In this document: positions 40,901 to 53,120 of the stretch, piece after piece
How positions within the stretch are numbered: position 1 is the first letter of the stretch
Layout: each line of letters begins with the position of its first letter
Origin: Paraspadella gotoi
Lineage: Eukaryota > Animalia > Chaetognatha
NCBI GenBank assembly: GCA_051294375.1
Contig: CM119265.1
Coordinates: forward strand, 1,378,161 to 1,442,160
Reading direction: 5' to 3'
DNA length: 64,000 bases
Made by a program: the position numbers and the translations under genes
Notes under the pieces: model-generated
What the model was told of the DNA's origin: nothing
Seen by the model: the letters and a program-made list of their open reading frames with translations, nothing else
The model's database searches: none

Positions 40901-43900
40901 TCTCACGGCGCCGCCTCATCCTCCAACGGCGCCGGCGCCAGCCCCGAGCGCCGCAGAGAATCCAATTGGCGCCAACGCGAATCCGTAAGAGGAAAATCTT
41001 ATCTGGATTCCAGGCGAAGGAGCAGAGGCGAAAAGGCGAATTCGCCGCGGAGGAGCGAGGACGAAGAAGGGCGATCGTCTTCGCCGCGTGGAGGAGGCTA
41101 CGACGATCCAGGTGGCTGTGGTGGTGGGCTGTGGGTAGATGTGGTGGTCAATCGAAATGTGGTTGCGATATGGAAAATGGATGCGATCACGTGAGACAGT
41201 TTAATTATATTTAATTGTTAATATAAAAACTATCCATTCATTTAATAAATAAGCTACAATGATGGACTAAAATCCACCAACCGTTCATCAGCGGCCATTG
41301 ATGCTGGAGTTATTCGCTTCCCAACCCAAAGGTCCGGGATTCTAGCCCGGTGGTCGCCCAGAGTACCTGGCCCCTAACAATGAACTGGCATAATACATAA
41401 AATATTTCAATTGTATAAAAGTCATCGGACATTGTAATCTGACATTGTAATGAGACATTGTCATGAGACATTGTCATCTCACATCCCCGTCATTCAGCTT
41501 CTTCACCGACGTCAATTTGGAATCAAGGATTCGATTACAACGGTTGGTTCGCTGACGAACCACGCAGCGGAGGCGGCGGCAGCAGCGGCGGCAGCAGCAG
41601 CAGCTGGACGAGAGACGAAACTCGATTTTCGACGAAAAGAGAAAAAGGAGAAAGTAGGAGGTAAGTTGAAGCAAGGTGAGATTAAAGTGAGAATTCTAAA
41701 AGCGAGTTTTAGATTAAACAAATATTAAATATTTCATAATATGAATCACAAAATAGGCGATGTGAATGATTCTGATTACTTTAAGGCTCTTTCCTGGGAG
41801 TGATATCTCTGGGAGAGATACCGGCACAATCATTTTGTATTTTCCTTCTGGCTTCCATGAATGAATTTAAACTTTTAATCAGACCCCCAACAAACCTCAA
41901 TTTATCATTGATTGCCAATTTATACAGTAATATTTTTCAAATTCCCCCCTTTTTTTTCGAAGTCCCAATGTTTTTTCGGCAGAAGTTAAAATTTCGCTCA
42001 AACACTTGTGTCCCTAAATTTGGTCCAGACATTGAATGTTTTTAGTTTGTAAGAAAATATAAACTATTTTAATAGTTTTTAGGGTATTGTCGGCGCCCCA
42101 TTNNNNNNNNNNNNNNNNNNNNNNNNNNNNNNNNNNNNNNNNNNNNNNNNNNNNNNNNNNNNNNNNNNNNNNNNNNNNNNNNNNNNNNNNNNNNNNNNNN
42201 NNNNNNNNNNNNNNNNNNNNNNNNNNNNNNNNNNNNNNNNNNNNNNNNNNNNNNNNNNNNNNNNNNNNNNNNNNNNNNNNNNNNNNNNNNNNNNNNNNNN
42301 NNNNNNNNTCGAAAAGAGACGATTCAACTCACTACAGCAGATCGCCTCAACACTCCAGCAGATCCCTTCACCACAACAGCAGATCTCTTCATCCCAGAAG
42401 ACATCTCGACTCCATCAAACCTCTATCTCGCCGCGGTCACCCCATCACTCACTCCAGCAAAGGACCTGACAGAGGAGGAATCTCATCTCACTATAGCAGA
42501 GGACGGGACTCCAGTCTTCACAGGAGCAGAACCTTTCACTCCTCGAGATCGATTCACGCTTCCAGACCCTTTCACACATCTCGCTCTCACTCTTTTCCGT
42601 CGGTTCACTCCAGAGAAAGGTGATCATGTCGCTTGACTGTTGTCTGGTTGGCGCTGGACTCTGTTATTCCATGAGTCACGTGAACTTGCAATCAGTAAAC
42701 CGGGGCATGGAAAACCCTCAAGCCAGGTTCCAAACCCAGGACTCGTTCCATTAAAAGAAATTGCGGATAGTAATCTTCGGCCGACTTTTAAAACGCCTTA
42801 TATACACTTACACGGGAGTTCTTTCGACCATTAATTTCTTCACAATATACGTATATTATTTTATTAACAAACTAATTAATGTTCAATTCCTAATTTGTAT
42901 ATTTAACTTCAAGAAACTCGGCTCCTCGTCGACGAACGAACGAAAAATCGAATCACGAAATTCGAAGGAAGAATCGAGAAAGAGAAAGACCGACCGACCA
43001 AGGAAGAAGATACCAATCGCATTTGGCCGAGGAGAACGGATGGGAAGAACCGGGTTACGAATACGGGAGAACGGGAAGAACTGGGAGAACGGAGAGGGGA
43101 AGAAGATTGGAGAACATTAAGGTAAAGAAGACATTAACCGTAGAAAGATACGATATTGACAGAATCAAATTTAATACAAACGGACAGACTCAAAGTGACA
43201 TTAAATCGATATTGAAAGAGATGTTAAGATCGGACAATTACCTTAATTATAATTTTTTTTTCTTTACTTCCTCTCCTTACTTCCTCTCCTTACTTCCTCT
43301 CCTAACTTCTATCCTTACTTCCTCTTCTTACTTCCTCGCCACTTCAACATTCTTCTCCTTCCCTTCCTCCCTCCTCTCCCCTTTCTCTCCTCCCTCCCTC
43401 CCTCTCTCCTCCTCCTTCTTCCCTTCCTCCCTATCTCTTCCCCCTCCCCTCCCTCTTCTCCTCTCTCCCTCCCCTTCTCCCTTCTCCCCTCCTTTCTTCT
43501 TTCCCTCTCTTCCTCCCTCCCTCTTCCCCCTTCCCTCCCTCTCTCTTTTCTCCCTCCCTCTCTCCCTCCCTCCTCTCTCTCTGCTCCTCCCTCCCTTCTC
43601 TTTTCCCCTTCTTTCTCTCTCCCCTCCCTTCCTCCCTCCCTCCACTCTCTCCCTCCTCTCTCCCCTCCCTCCCTCCTTCCCTCTCCTCCTCCTTTCTCTT
43701 CTCCTCTCTCCCTTCCTTCCTTCCTCTCCCTTCCTCCTCCCTCCTTCTCTCCCCTTCCTCCTCTATCTTCTCCTCCCTTCCTCCCTCCCCTCCCTCCCTC
43801 TCTCCCCCCCAGCTCGCTTCCAACGCGACCAACCCATCCAATTCCTCCCCTTCTTCATCTTCCTCTTCCAATTCTCCTCCTCCGCATCCGACGCCGCAAA

Positions 43901-44088
43901 AACCCATCGAATTCGTTCCGGCGTCGAAAGTATCCAGAGAGGACGCCGCGACGCCGGGGTTTCCCATCCCGGGGCGTCCGGCGTCGTCCTCGTCGTCTTT
44001 CAAGGCGCCGTACACGATTCCATCGTGGCATTATTGGAGCGCGCCGAAAATGATTGGCGCGCCGGAGGAAAAGGCGCCGGTCGAATAA
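37949..44088 (+). CDS. Multi-exon low-complexity Tyr/Ser/Arg/His/Gly-rich intrinsically disordered protein (5' end not found)
   Basis: Exons 37949-38020, 38587-38914 (gapped), 39627-40260, 40800-41111, 41498-41660, ≤42309-42619, 42914-43121, 43813-44088 (TAA). Boundaries are AG/GT wherever not in a gap. Checkable junctions are phase-consistent except 40260/40800; 41660/42309 crosses a gap. Peptides include DNYAYDGEKYTYGG…SYGHEKHSYGHG, SYGSASSSYGAASS, GFDYNGWFADEPRSGGGGSS and RSRTFHSSRSIH. Confidence 0.7.
39030..39555 (+). mobile_element. Putative SINE in an intron
   Basis: A-box-like tggctcgttgtg, B-box-like gggatcgatcccc, GC-richer body partly similar to 52760-52800 (inverted), and an (AAT/AAAT)n tail. 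Confidence 0.4.
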
Positions 44089-44154
44089 GAGGGAAGTGGA
44101 GGAAGGAGAAAGGCGGTGAAGAGTTGTGAAGAGTTGTGAGGAGTTGAAGAGAAC

Positions 44155-44620
44155 GTGACTGTGATATGTGACGGTGAAACGTGACTGTGATATGTGACAG
44201 TGAAACGTGACTGTGATATGTGACAGTGAAACGTGATTGTGACATGTGACAGTGAAACGTGACTGTGATATGTGACAGTGAAAGGTGACAGTCGAGAATG
44301 GAGGTGAAGCATGAGTGTGGAGAGTGGCATTGAAGCGTGGCTGTGAAGAGTGACAATGAGGGGTGACGGTTAGTGGTGAATTCAAAGCGTGATGGTGATA
44401 TGTGACAGTGTAGCGTGTCCTTGAGGAGTGGCAATTAAGCATGACAATGAGTTTAGACAGTGAGCAATAATAAAGTTGAACAGTGAGACAAGGAGGGGTG
44501 TCTGTGAGGCTTGATGGTGAGGCATGACAGTGAGGAATGGTATTGAAGCGTGTCCGTGAGGCGTGGCAGTAATATGTGACGGTGAAGCGTGACAGTTAGA
44601 CGTGGCTGTGAAGCTTAGCA
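44155..44620 (+). repeat. 26-bp minisatellite (two 13-mers), decaying rightwards
   Basis: (gtgactgtgatat gtgacagtgaaac)n, about 5 clean units followed by degenerate 13-mers. Confidence 0.8.
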
Positions 44621-44734
44621 GAGATGGTGCGCAAAGCTCTCAGTCCAAAGTGATGACATTTCAAAACCACGTGTCTTTTTTCGTTTAAAAATATATATTT
44701 AATAAATAAAGTTACGTTACTAAATGTTTATTAA

Positions 44735-45333
44735 GGCGTAGTAAAATTTCTAAATTTAACTTTAATTAAAATTCTAAAAGTGAGGAACGAACAACATTAT
44801 ACTAATGAACATTTATGTAATAAAAAAATTTATAATAAATTTTACAATTTACGCAGTAGGCCATATTTATACTAGTACTAAACCAATAAATGTTAAAATT
44901 TCAAACCAGTTTTTTCTAAGATTTTTTTTGCAGATTTGGATTCGTCATAAAAAGTTGATAAAAAGAAATATAATTCTTTTTGAAAAATTCCTTCATTAAG
45001 TGGGTGGAAAATTAAAAAAAGCTATATTTTAAAATGAAAATTAACTTTTTATATATTAAATATTTTTTTTTAATTTTTAACCCACTTAATGAAAGAATTT
45101 TTAAAAATGATTTATATTTTCTTTTATCAACTTTTGACGAGGAATTCAAATCTGCAATCAAAATTAAGAAAAGCCTATTTTGAAATTTTTCGATTTTATA
45201 AGGATAGTACTATATATAAATATAGCCTACTGCAAAAATTAAAAAACATAAAATTAATTTTTTTTACAAATTAATGTTCACTGATGGTATGTTGTTGACT
45301 TTTAGAATTTTCGTATGTAACTTTCACTACGCC
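44735..45333. mobile_element. Fold-back MITE with GGCGTAGT termini and TTAA flanks (Kolobok-like)
   Basis: ttaa|GGCGTAGTAAAA … TTTCACTACGCC|ttaa; the two halves are imperfect inverted repeats almost to the centre. A TTAA TSD with RR…YY termini is the Kolobok signature. Confidence 0.65.
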
Positions 45334-45621
45334 TTAATGTTTATATAAGTTTTATAAAAATTAAGAGTTCCGAGTTGGTGTTTATTTATTTTCATGAATT
45401 TTTATTTACATTTCCCTCAGCAGAGGTTTTTTTTATTATCTTTGAAACTTGTATCATAGTTCTTTTTTTTCTACTTTTACACATAGTTTAATTTAGTATG
45501 AATAAAATATCAAATTAATCACTTTTTGCTGTTTCATTATTGTTCCAAAAAAATAGGTCAGTTAAGAACAAGTTTAGTAAAAATGTAACCATTTCGATTA
45601 AATGTATCTATCTCAACAATG

Positions 45622-45684
<63 letters not shown>

Positions 45685-45819
45685 GTCCTTCACTAATTTC
45701 CATCACATCTCTACCCTCACAAATATTCAAACATACAGGAAAACATTCAAATAGTTTTATTTTCTCATAATGTTAATCGGTTGTCATTAACATCATTACT
45801 TTTCACTTTAACTTTATAC

Positions 45820-46948
45820 TTATACTCTTGATAGATAGTAACTGACTTCTTTTGCTCCGTATCTTTGTTGACAACACATCATACAACTGACAATTTTATC
45901 ACCAATGAACCAAAAAGCTCCAGTCGTTCCGGGGTCTTTCTTTTCGCAACTTTTTTCAACCCCCGTCGCGCAAAAGTCTCCATTACCCTAAGATAAGGAT
46001 ATGAGATTAGTACAACCATTATAAGAATTATCCATTCATTTCATAAATAAGCTATCTTGCCCCTGACTTTGGACAGGCTTTGGTGGTTTAAGGCCTCCAT
46101 CACTCTTACAAGATAATAACTTAGCAGGTCTCTGCAAGCTTTTAATCAAGACTCTCTCACAGTCTAGTTTATTCCCAATCGATGAAGTGGTATAATGTTT
46201 TAAAGAATGTTTAACTTGTGAAAAGGACCACTCCCTAAGTATTAGATCGGGGAATACTCTGCAAGGACATTCTGCAAAGAGCTGTCGCACCATCTTAAAG
46301 TGATCTTTAAAAAATTACTTCCACTAATTTCCAAAGGCACCTCATTCCTGTTCTTATCATCGCAAGAGAATGAACCTAACCCAAAGCAGAATCGGATCTG
46401 TCTTAAAAATCCATGAGTTTTCCCTTAAATGCTAATCTCTGAAATTAATTTTTAACCTGATAGCTAACTCTAATCCTTCTCCAAATATTTATTCTGATCT
46501 TTTAACCCTAACTCTAATCCCTAATTGTAAACCTTAAACTTTAACTTTAATCCCTGACCATATCTTTAACTAAATCCATAACCCTAATCCCTAACCTTAA
46601 TCCCGGACCAAATACCTAATCCTAACCCTTAAATTTTTAAATTTAAAGGCTAAATTAATTATGAATATAAGCTGAAATGGGACCGCTTTTAGAAAATAGG
46701 GCGAATTACAATACAAACTTTTTCGCCTTTAAAGTCTTTTTCTTCTTTAGAATTTGAGCCTTCGTAAGACATCGATCCTAATAGACAAATAATTAATTAT
46801 TGATCATTAACGATTATTCCTACCAAATTTTGATCATAATTTTCATCTTCAGCAAAACGACCTGAAGATAACTTAGTAATTTTGAATTTCTGGACGACGA
46901 ATTTTATTTTATTTTCGACGACAACCACTACTTGGTAGGGCACATTTT
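45820..46948 (-). CDS. 3' exons of a small Cys-rich protein (possibly the continuation of the 49549 gene)
   Basis: Phase-consistent exons 46948-46862, 46375-46341, 45987-45820: …KLSSGSFSCDDKNRNEGNGDFCATGVEKSCEKKDPGTTGAFWFIGDKIVSCMMCCQQRYGAKEVSYYLSRV*. An alternative path through an extra exon near 46720-46780 is also in phase. Confidence 0.45.
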
Positions 46949-46986
46949 CTGAAAAAAAAGAAAAGATTAAAAAAGTGAAGAACATC

Positions 46987-47026
<40 letters not shown>

Positions 47027-47095
47027 TATATATATATATATATATCCAACAAAACCAGAAATTTCTAAAAATTCATATTCGAGTTCACATAAAAA

Positions 47096-47207
47096 AAAGT
47101 ATTAATGTCAATTGTTGATGTTTATTGTCATACAGTGTATGAAAATTAACATCAACAATTGACATTAATACTTTATTTTGGGAGTGTATGACATACACTC
47201 CCAAAAT
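47096..47207. repeat. Two adjacent hairpins
   Basis: aaagtattaatgtcaattgttgatgtt…aacatcaacaattgacattaatacttt (47096-47174) and attttgggagtgtatg-a-catacactcccaaaat (47175-47207). Confidence 0.8.
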
Positions 47208-47865
47208 ACTGACTCTAATCTCTTTTTCTAATTATACAAATTTTAGTTTTCCCATTCTCAATAATATAAGAAATGCCTATCAGTTAAAAAAATATTGATT
47301 TGGGAAAGTTAATTAACTATTCAGGGAGAGAGTCTTATAAGAGGAATGGCATTAACTCAACATGACTTGTCTAAAATCAGGAGCAAGATAGCGCATGCTA
47401 TATTTACAATAATTGAAAGTCTGACGTAGGATTGAATGAATCTTTTCCGCTGAATCTCGAGGAAATAGTGAATAAAAAGGTTTAGAAACTTGTATTTTAC
47501 TTCAAATATGCATAAAAAAGTCCTGTCAAACTCGTTGAGGACGGGCGATGCTACTTTGAAATAGGCAAAAAACGAACTAAATGCTGCTTCTGAGTCTCTC
47601 CAAATTATGACTCAGATACTGACAAAAGACGGATGAAATAATCAGAAACTATTTGGCCGAATTCATTAGGACAACTAAGTACGGTCAAAAAATACTAATT
47701 CGGCTTAGAGGAAAAATAAAAGTAACTGAGGCGAGGCATAATATTTCACATTCACTTTATTCGGAAATCCATTCAAAAGGCACAGGATAGTCAATCACTT
47801 GAGGAAAAAACCTTGTTCATCAATTTGGGATTTTTTTTTTCCTAGAGTGTCCCATTTCTGTTTTT

Positions 47866-48136
47866 AGCTCTCTTTTCCTAGGGTACTCTATTTATGTTCG
47901 CTTTTCCCAAAATTTAATTTTAACCTTAATATTTAATTTAAATATATCTTTAAACTTATAAACTAGTCTCTAACCTTAACCTCGTCCTGAAACTTAACCC
48001 TAAACCCTTATCACTAATCCCTAACCTAAATCCCTAACCTTAATCACAAACCTAACCTCTAACCTAATCTTTAACCCTAACATCTAACCTAATTCCGAGT
48101 TTTAGATAAAATGGGGCGTTCTGGGAAAATAATGTC
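47866..48136. mobile_element. MITE with telomere-like internal repeats
   Basis: gctctcttttcctagggtactctattt…(aaccct)-like…aaaatggggcgttctgggaaaataatgtc. Confidence 0.55.
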
Positions 48137-49018
48137 ATTTTTTTAAGTCAACATCAGAAGTTACGAATAATTCACTATGAAATTAAATTTATTCATAATA
48201 ATACTTTTGTGTGATGTGGATGTGACGATGTTTAAAGAATCATTTATGAAATTGGTACAACCAATATATAAATTATCCATTCATTTAATAAATAAGCTAT
48301 CTTGCAACTGGCTTTAGTGGTTTAAGGCCTCCATCACTCTTACAAGATAATGACATAGCAGGTCCCTGCAAGCTTTCAATCAATGAAGCGGTAAAACATT
48401 TCAAAGAATATTTCAATTTTATAAAAGACCATATATCATTTTTATCTGATTTTTAAACGATTGGATTTACCTCCCATATTTTTGAATCCTAGGAAATAAT
48501 TATGCATGTTCATGTTGAATCCTTTTTCAAAGTTAGACATTGTTGCTGTTTTAAATTCGCATAAGATCGGATTATAAGTTCTTCTAGCCAGGAGAGGCAT
48601 TACTTTCTTTTTCTAGAACGCAAGAAATGTCAATGATGAAGATGATTGTCAGAATAATAAGAATTGCTCTATTTGATTTACTAATATTATTTATATCTAT
48701 AAAAAGTTAAAGATTTTAAGCTGTCCTTATGATTTCCTGGTGCCAGTGGCAGCCATCACTACTGAGGGTTCAAATCCCTTAGAGCCATCAGGTGAGATTC
48801 CCGGCTGCTTCCATTCCTTATTAATTTTAATAAATACCAAAAGAGAAGCATTAAGTGAAAAGAAGAGAATGTACAATTGTACATTAAAGTTTGAGCGACT
48901 GAACAATGTTTTTTGCTGCCTTTGTACATGTAACAACAAATGTTTGAGCCCTTTTTTAAAAAAAAAATTGCACCAAAAGTTTTTTTTCTCCATGACTATT
49001 ATCGACCTATAATATCTT

Positions 49019-49549
49019 TCATAATAAAAAAAATCTAACAATATTTATTTTCGCAATGTGCCCTTTGTTTGTAAAATTCCCATGCCTTCCTTGAGCGACA
49101 CCTACCTCTTTGTAGTAATAGCACAACTTTTTCAATTCCGGGTCGAAAAATTTTCCGGTTTTCTTGTCAAAACCTATCTGACAGGCCAGTAATTCGGCCC
49201 CATAGTCGGTCGGTTGAACACCCGACGGTGACAGGGTGGTGGGCGAAGTCGACGCCGTTCCTCTTGTTCCTGACCCAGTCGTCCCGGACGGCCCAGTGGG
49301 CACGGGCGTCGATTGAGTGGAGACGACGCCAGAGGCCGAAGTCGCGTCACTCGCGTTCCGACTCGACGAAGAAATTGGAGGATAGATGGGAAGGTGGGAG
49401 TCGGGTTCGCGATCCTTTGGACTGTTGACTGGAGGAAGTAGAAGGACGATGAGGACGATGATGAAGATGATGATTGCGAAGGTGATGAAGAATCCAATGC
49501 CGATGTAGCGAAGACGACGGTTCCTTGCGTCGGACTTTGCGTAAGACAT
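49019..49549 (-). CDS. Type II single-pass membrane protein with Ser/Thr/Pro stalk, first exon
   Basis: ATG, basic N-terminus (RNRRLR), TM YIGIGFFITFAIIIFIIVLIVLLL, mucin-like stalk, then CQIGF…LCYYY resembling the start of a long-form CTLD. Probable donor GAG|gtaggt near 49106, so the ORF tail may be intronic. Confidence 0.65.
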   Translation of the reverse strand: MSYAKSDARNRRLRYIGIGFFITFAIIIFIIVLIVLLLPPVNSPKDREPDSHLPIYPPISSSSRNASDATSASGVVSTQSTPVPTGPSGTTGSGTRGTASTSPTTLSPSGVQPTDYGAELLACQIGFDKKTGKFFDPELKKLCYYYKEVGVAQGRHGNFTNKGHIAKINIVRFFLL

Positions 49550-50759
49550 GATTATTTAATATGATCTTAAATGAGATGGAATTTCTCAAATCTCATTCAC
49601 ACATTGCAGTACCATGATGGAAAAGAAAAATTGTCGCGGTTACTTTCCAGCTATTTCTCGGCGTTTTAATGTGAGAATCTAAAAATAAAACTTACATATC
49701 GAGAAAGTTTAGTCTTTTGTGATTCCTATGAGCTGTGTCTCATTTATGTACGACAAAAAATACAAGAGTTCCATGCAAAAGAAAATGAGTTATCCAAAAA
49801 AATGCTTCCTTCTTTTTTATCTTTTTCATATGTATAATTTTTATTTATACTAATTTCCGGTTCTTTTTTATTACTTTTTGAGTTAAAAGTCCCTGCCTTT
49901 TCTCAGTCGCATGTCAAATAGTTATTGCATCATCTCCATTAGGATAGATTCAGGGATGAATCTTTATTCATATGTCAAAAAATAGCGGCATTAAAAATAC
50001 ATTAATGCTGGAGATGCTCCAGAATATTTTTTTTATATTGTAAAGTATCACCAAAAGTTATAATGCTCCGGGTAACCTTTCTATGAGCAAAGTTATCATT
50101 TTTATTTACCTCTGGATGTATTATCAGAACCAAAATTCAAACAAGTCAAAAAAAAAATTAAGATTTTGTTGAAATGAAAGACAATAACTTGCATCATCAC
50201 ATTATGGAACAACAACTCAAGCCTGGTTTACTTTATAGGGAATCTATCTTTTTCACTGTTTGCCAAGGACCACTTTTTGCCCAAAATCTGATAAAAAATA
50301 TTAAGTCAGAGATATAATATTAACAATAATGTGAGTAGTTCTCTTGATCAAAAAGAAGTGAAAACAGTTGGAGACAACCTCTTTTGGAAGTATTCGAATG
50401 CATTAAATAATTTTATGCTGTTGAGAAATAATCTTTTTATTCAGTCCTAGGGAGGTCATATTACATATTAAAACCTATTTAACAGCCAAAAAATATATTT
50501 GACAATGAAATTAACCGACATTTTTTTTTCATCATGGTATTAAATCTAAATGTGTCTAATTTAATTTTGGATTGGGGAAAAGGGGAAAAGGGAGAAAAGG
50601 GGAGAAGAAAGCATTTTTGGACGTCACTCGCGAACGGACCCGGGGTATTTGGCACTCTTTTTTGATCTAAGACAGTAAAGCAAGTAATTTTGAAATTCTT
50701 CATAGTAAAAGTATAGGCATCTCGGTTATTGTCATAACGGGGTGAGAGGAATATATTCG

Positions 50760-51848
50760 AACAAGTTTGAGCAAACAATGTCGGATCTGCCTACGGTAAT
50801 TAAGCGGTAATTCTTTCAATTTGTGATCCTAACTGATCATAACAGATCGTACCATACCGAACCAGTGGCTGCGCCAATACATGTAAATCGCTTGCAACGG
50901 ATTAAACTGAACTTACTATGGTAGAAATAATTACAAATAAAGTACTGCCTCAGTACAAATAATTTTTTTACTATTAATTTTTTTTAACTTGCATCATATT
51001 TTCAACTTGCATCATTATTTTAACTTGAATGATTTTTTCAATTCGCATCATTTTTTCAACTTGCATCATTTTTTAACCTTGCACCATTTTTTAACTTGCA
51101 TCATTTTTTCTAATTCCATCCTTTTTTCACTTTAATTTATTGATTGATTAATTAATTAATTAATTAATTAATTAAAACATTTATGAGTAATCATAAATAA
51201 TAAAATTCAAATCAACTTGACTTTCGTTTCATTTCCACTCCTCGATTCTGCTCAAGCCTCAATCACACACTTTCCTACCCACACACAAAATTTCATCTCA
51301 ATCTATCCATCCAATTATGATTTAAAAAAATAATCATGGGCTATTAAAACTATTAAAAAGATTCAAGTAAATGTAACTTATGTTTTTTTCCATTTAAACT
51401 CATTTCCACTAGCTTGATTCCATCGAAAATTTATATCCAGCTTCATCACACGCTCTCCTACCCATGATTAATTATAATTATTATGGGTTAAGATTAGTAT
51501 AAAGATTTAAGTAAATGTGACTCATGTTTTTTCCATTTAAACTCATTTTCACTCGCACGATTCCATCGAAGCTTTATATCAATCACACACTTTCCTACCC
51601 ACACACAAAATTTCATCCCAATCCGACCTTTCAATCATGAGTAAATTAAGTTTTTTACTAGGGGGACGGGCGGACGGACGGACGGACGGACAGACAGACA
51701 GACAGACGGACGGACGGACATCATATTTTTACATAATTTATCATAATTTGATGTTCTGAAATGATTTGAGTAATTGCCCGACAAGATTAAGGGGGCGGAC
51801 CGACGGAACGACAAAGTGGATTATATGATAAGCAGATCCGACTAAAAA
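50760..51848 (-). mobile_element. HINE-like element, full length
   Basis: + strand starts aacaagtttgagcaaacaatgtcggatctgc and ends agcagatccgactaaaaa; contains (GGAC/AGAC)n, long internal repeats and ~17-bp ttttttaacttgcatca repeats. Confidence 0.75.
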
Positions 51849-51956
51849 CATGCCAATTTGGACCACACTAAAGTCTGAAAGTCTCATCAAAAACACTAAT
51901 CATATCATTTAATTCATATTGTATCATTCAATTATTATCAATAATTCATTTTTCAC

Positions 51957-52118
51957 CTTCTCCTTCTCTTTTGCTTCGTGTGATAACGCAGCACCGGAGG
52001 CTCCCTGCGCTGAAGCGGCGGCGGGCTGCGACGATTTTGCTACCTTTTTCTCCGGCGCGCTGTTTAGTTTCGGGTCATTCTCGTACATACGAAAGATTTC
52101 CGCGTCATCTGGTTCCAT
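51957..52118 (-). CDS. Putative first exon of an unknown gene
   Basis: GC-rich island with ATG, MEPDDAEIFRMYENDPKLNSAPEKKVAKSSQPAAASAQG…EKEK, then an AAG|gtgaaa donor. Confidence 0.4.
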
Positions 52119-52579
52119 GGCGCCGAGTTGTTATGTCGATGACAGATCGGGTATAACGAAAACGCGTTTAGCGAAATTCCGTCTCACGAAGGATACGTTT
52201 TTTTTTCTTATTTAGCCAAACTAATGTTCAGACCGATTGCAAAAAAATAAAGAGGAAAAAAATGCTAATTAATTCAATTTTTAGCTATTTTAATTAAATT
52301 TAAAAGTCTTTTGTAAAGGAGATTTTTAAAAAGTCAATGAGAGATTTAAAAAATATATCGCGAAAGGAAAATATCATTGTTAATATATTTTTGAATTAAA
52401 GAGTTTGATGATATATATTTATTATTTTAAAAATATGATAACTATGGTCTCTCTCTCTCTTTTTTTTTCCTTATTTTTTTCTTTTTTCGTTATTTCATTT
52501 TGCTTGCTATTTTTGTTTTCTTTCCTTTTATACTTACAAACTGTAACACTTTCATATAAATGTATTTATGTTTTAAAAC

Positions 52580-52741
52580 TATGAAATTGGTACAACCAAT
52601 ATTTAAACTATGAATTCATTTAATAAATAAGCTATCTTTCCCCTGACTTTGGACGGGCTTTGGTGGTTTAAGGCCGGTTTAAAGCAGGTTCCTCAAAGCT
52701 TTCAATCAAGATTCTCACACAGTCTCATTTATTCACTCCTA
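52580..52741 (+). repeat. Dispersed ~170-bp repeat family
   Basis: tatgaaattggtacaaccaatat…catttaataaataagctatctt…ggtggtttaaggcc…caagattctcacacagtctc. Also at 46005-46155, 48246-48385, 60390-60560 (inverted) and partly at 41220-41256. Confidence 0.7.
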
Positions 52742-52837
52742 TGTTTGAACTACATACTCATCTTCAGTCCACTTAGCACCTTATCCACACGGATGAACCC
52801 AGAGTGAGTTAATCGGGGCTTTTTCTTCTTCACTAAC

Positions 52838-53120
52838 CATCAGCCAATCAGGAACCTTTTTCACAAGTCATCAGCCAATTATTGCCCCCGTGTTCTCCTT
52901 AGCAAATAATCAGCCAATCGTTACCCTACTCTGCATATTATATGAGCCAATTAGGGGCCCCCGTTTTTTTTTCTTTAAAAATAATCCGCCAATCATTACC
53001 CTAAATCTGCAAATCATATAAGTCAATCCGGGGCCCCCTGTTTTTTTCTTTAAAAATAATCAGCCAATCATTACTCTAAATCTGCAAATCATATCAGCCA
53101 ATCAGGGCCCCCGTTTTTGC
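52838..53120 (+). repeat. CCAAT-rich ~77-bp tandem repeat
   Basis: aaataatcagccaatcattac…ctgcaaatcatat…gccaatcagggcccccgttttt repeated 3-4 times. Confidence 0.7.

Noticed and set aside
43023-44129. 368-aa track ORF
   Set aside because: It reads through a stop-free polypyrimidine intron (43122-43812), and the last exon uses another frame.
44155-44620. CRISPR-like periodicity
   Set aside because: Contiguous tandem units with no unique spacers, no cas genes, eukaryotic context.
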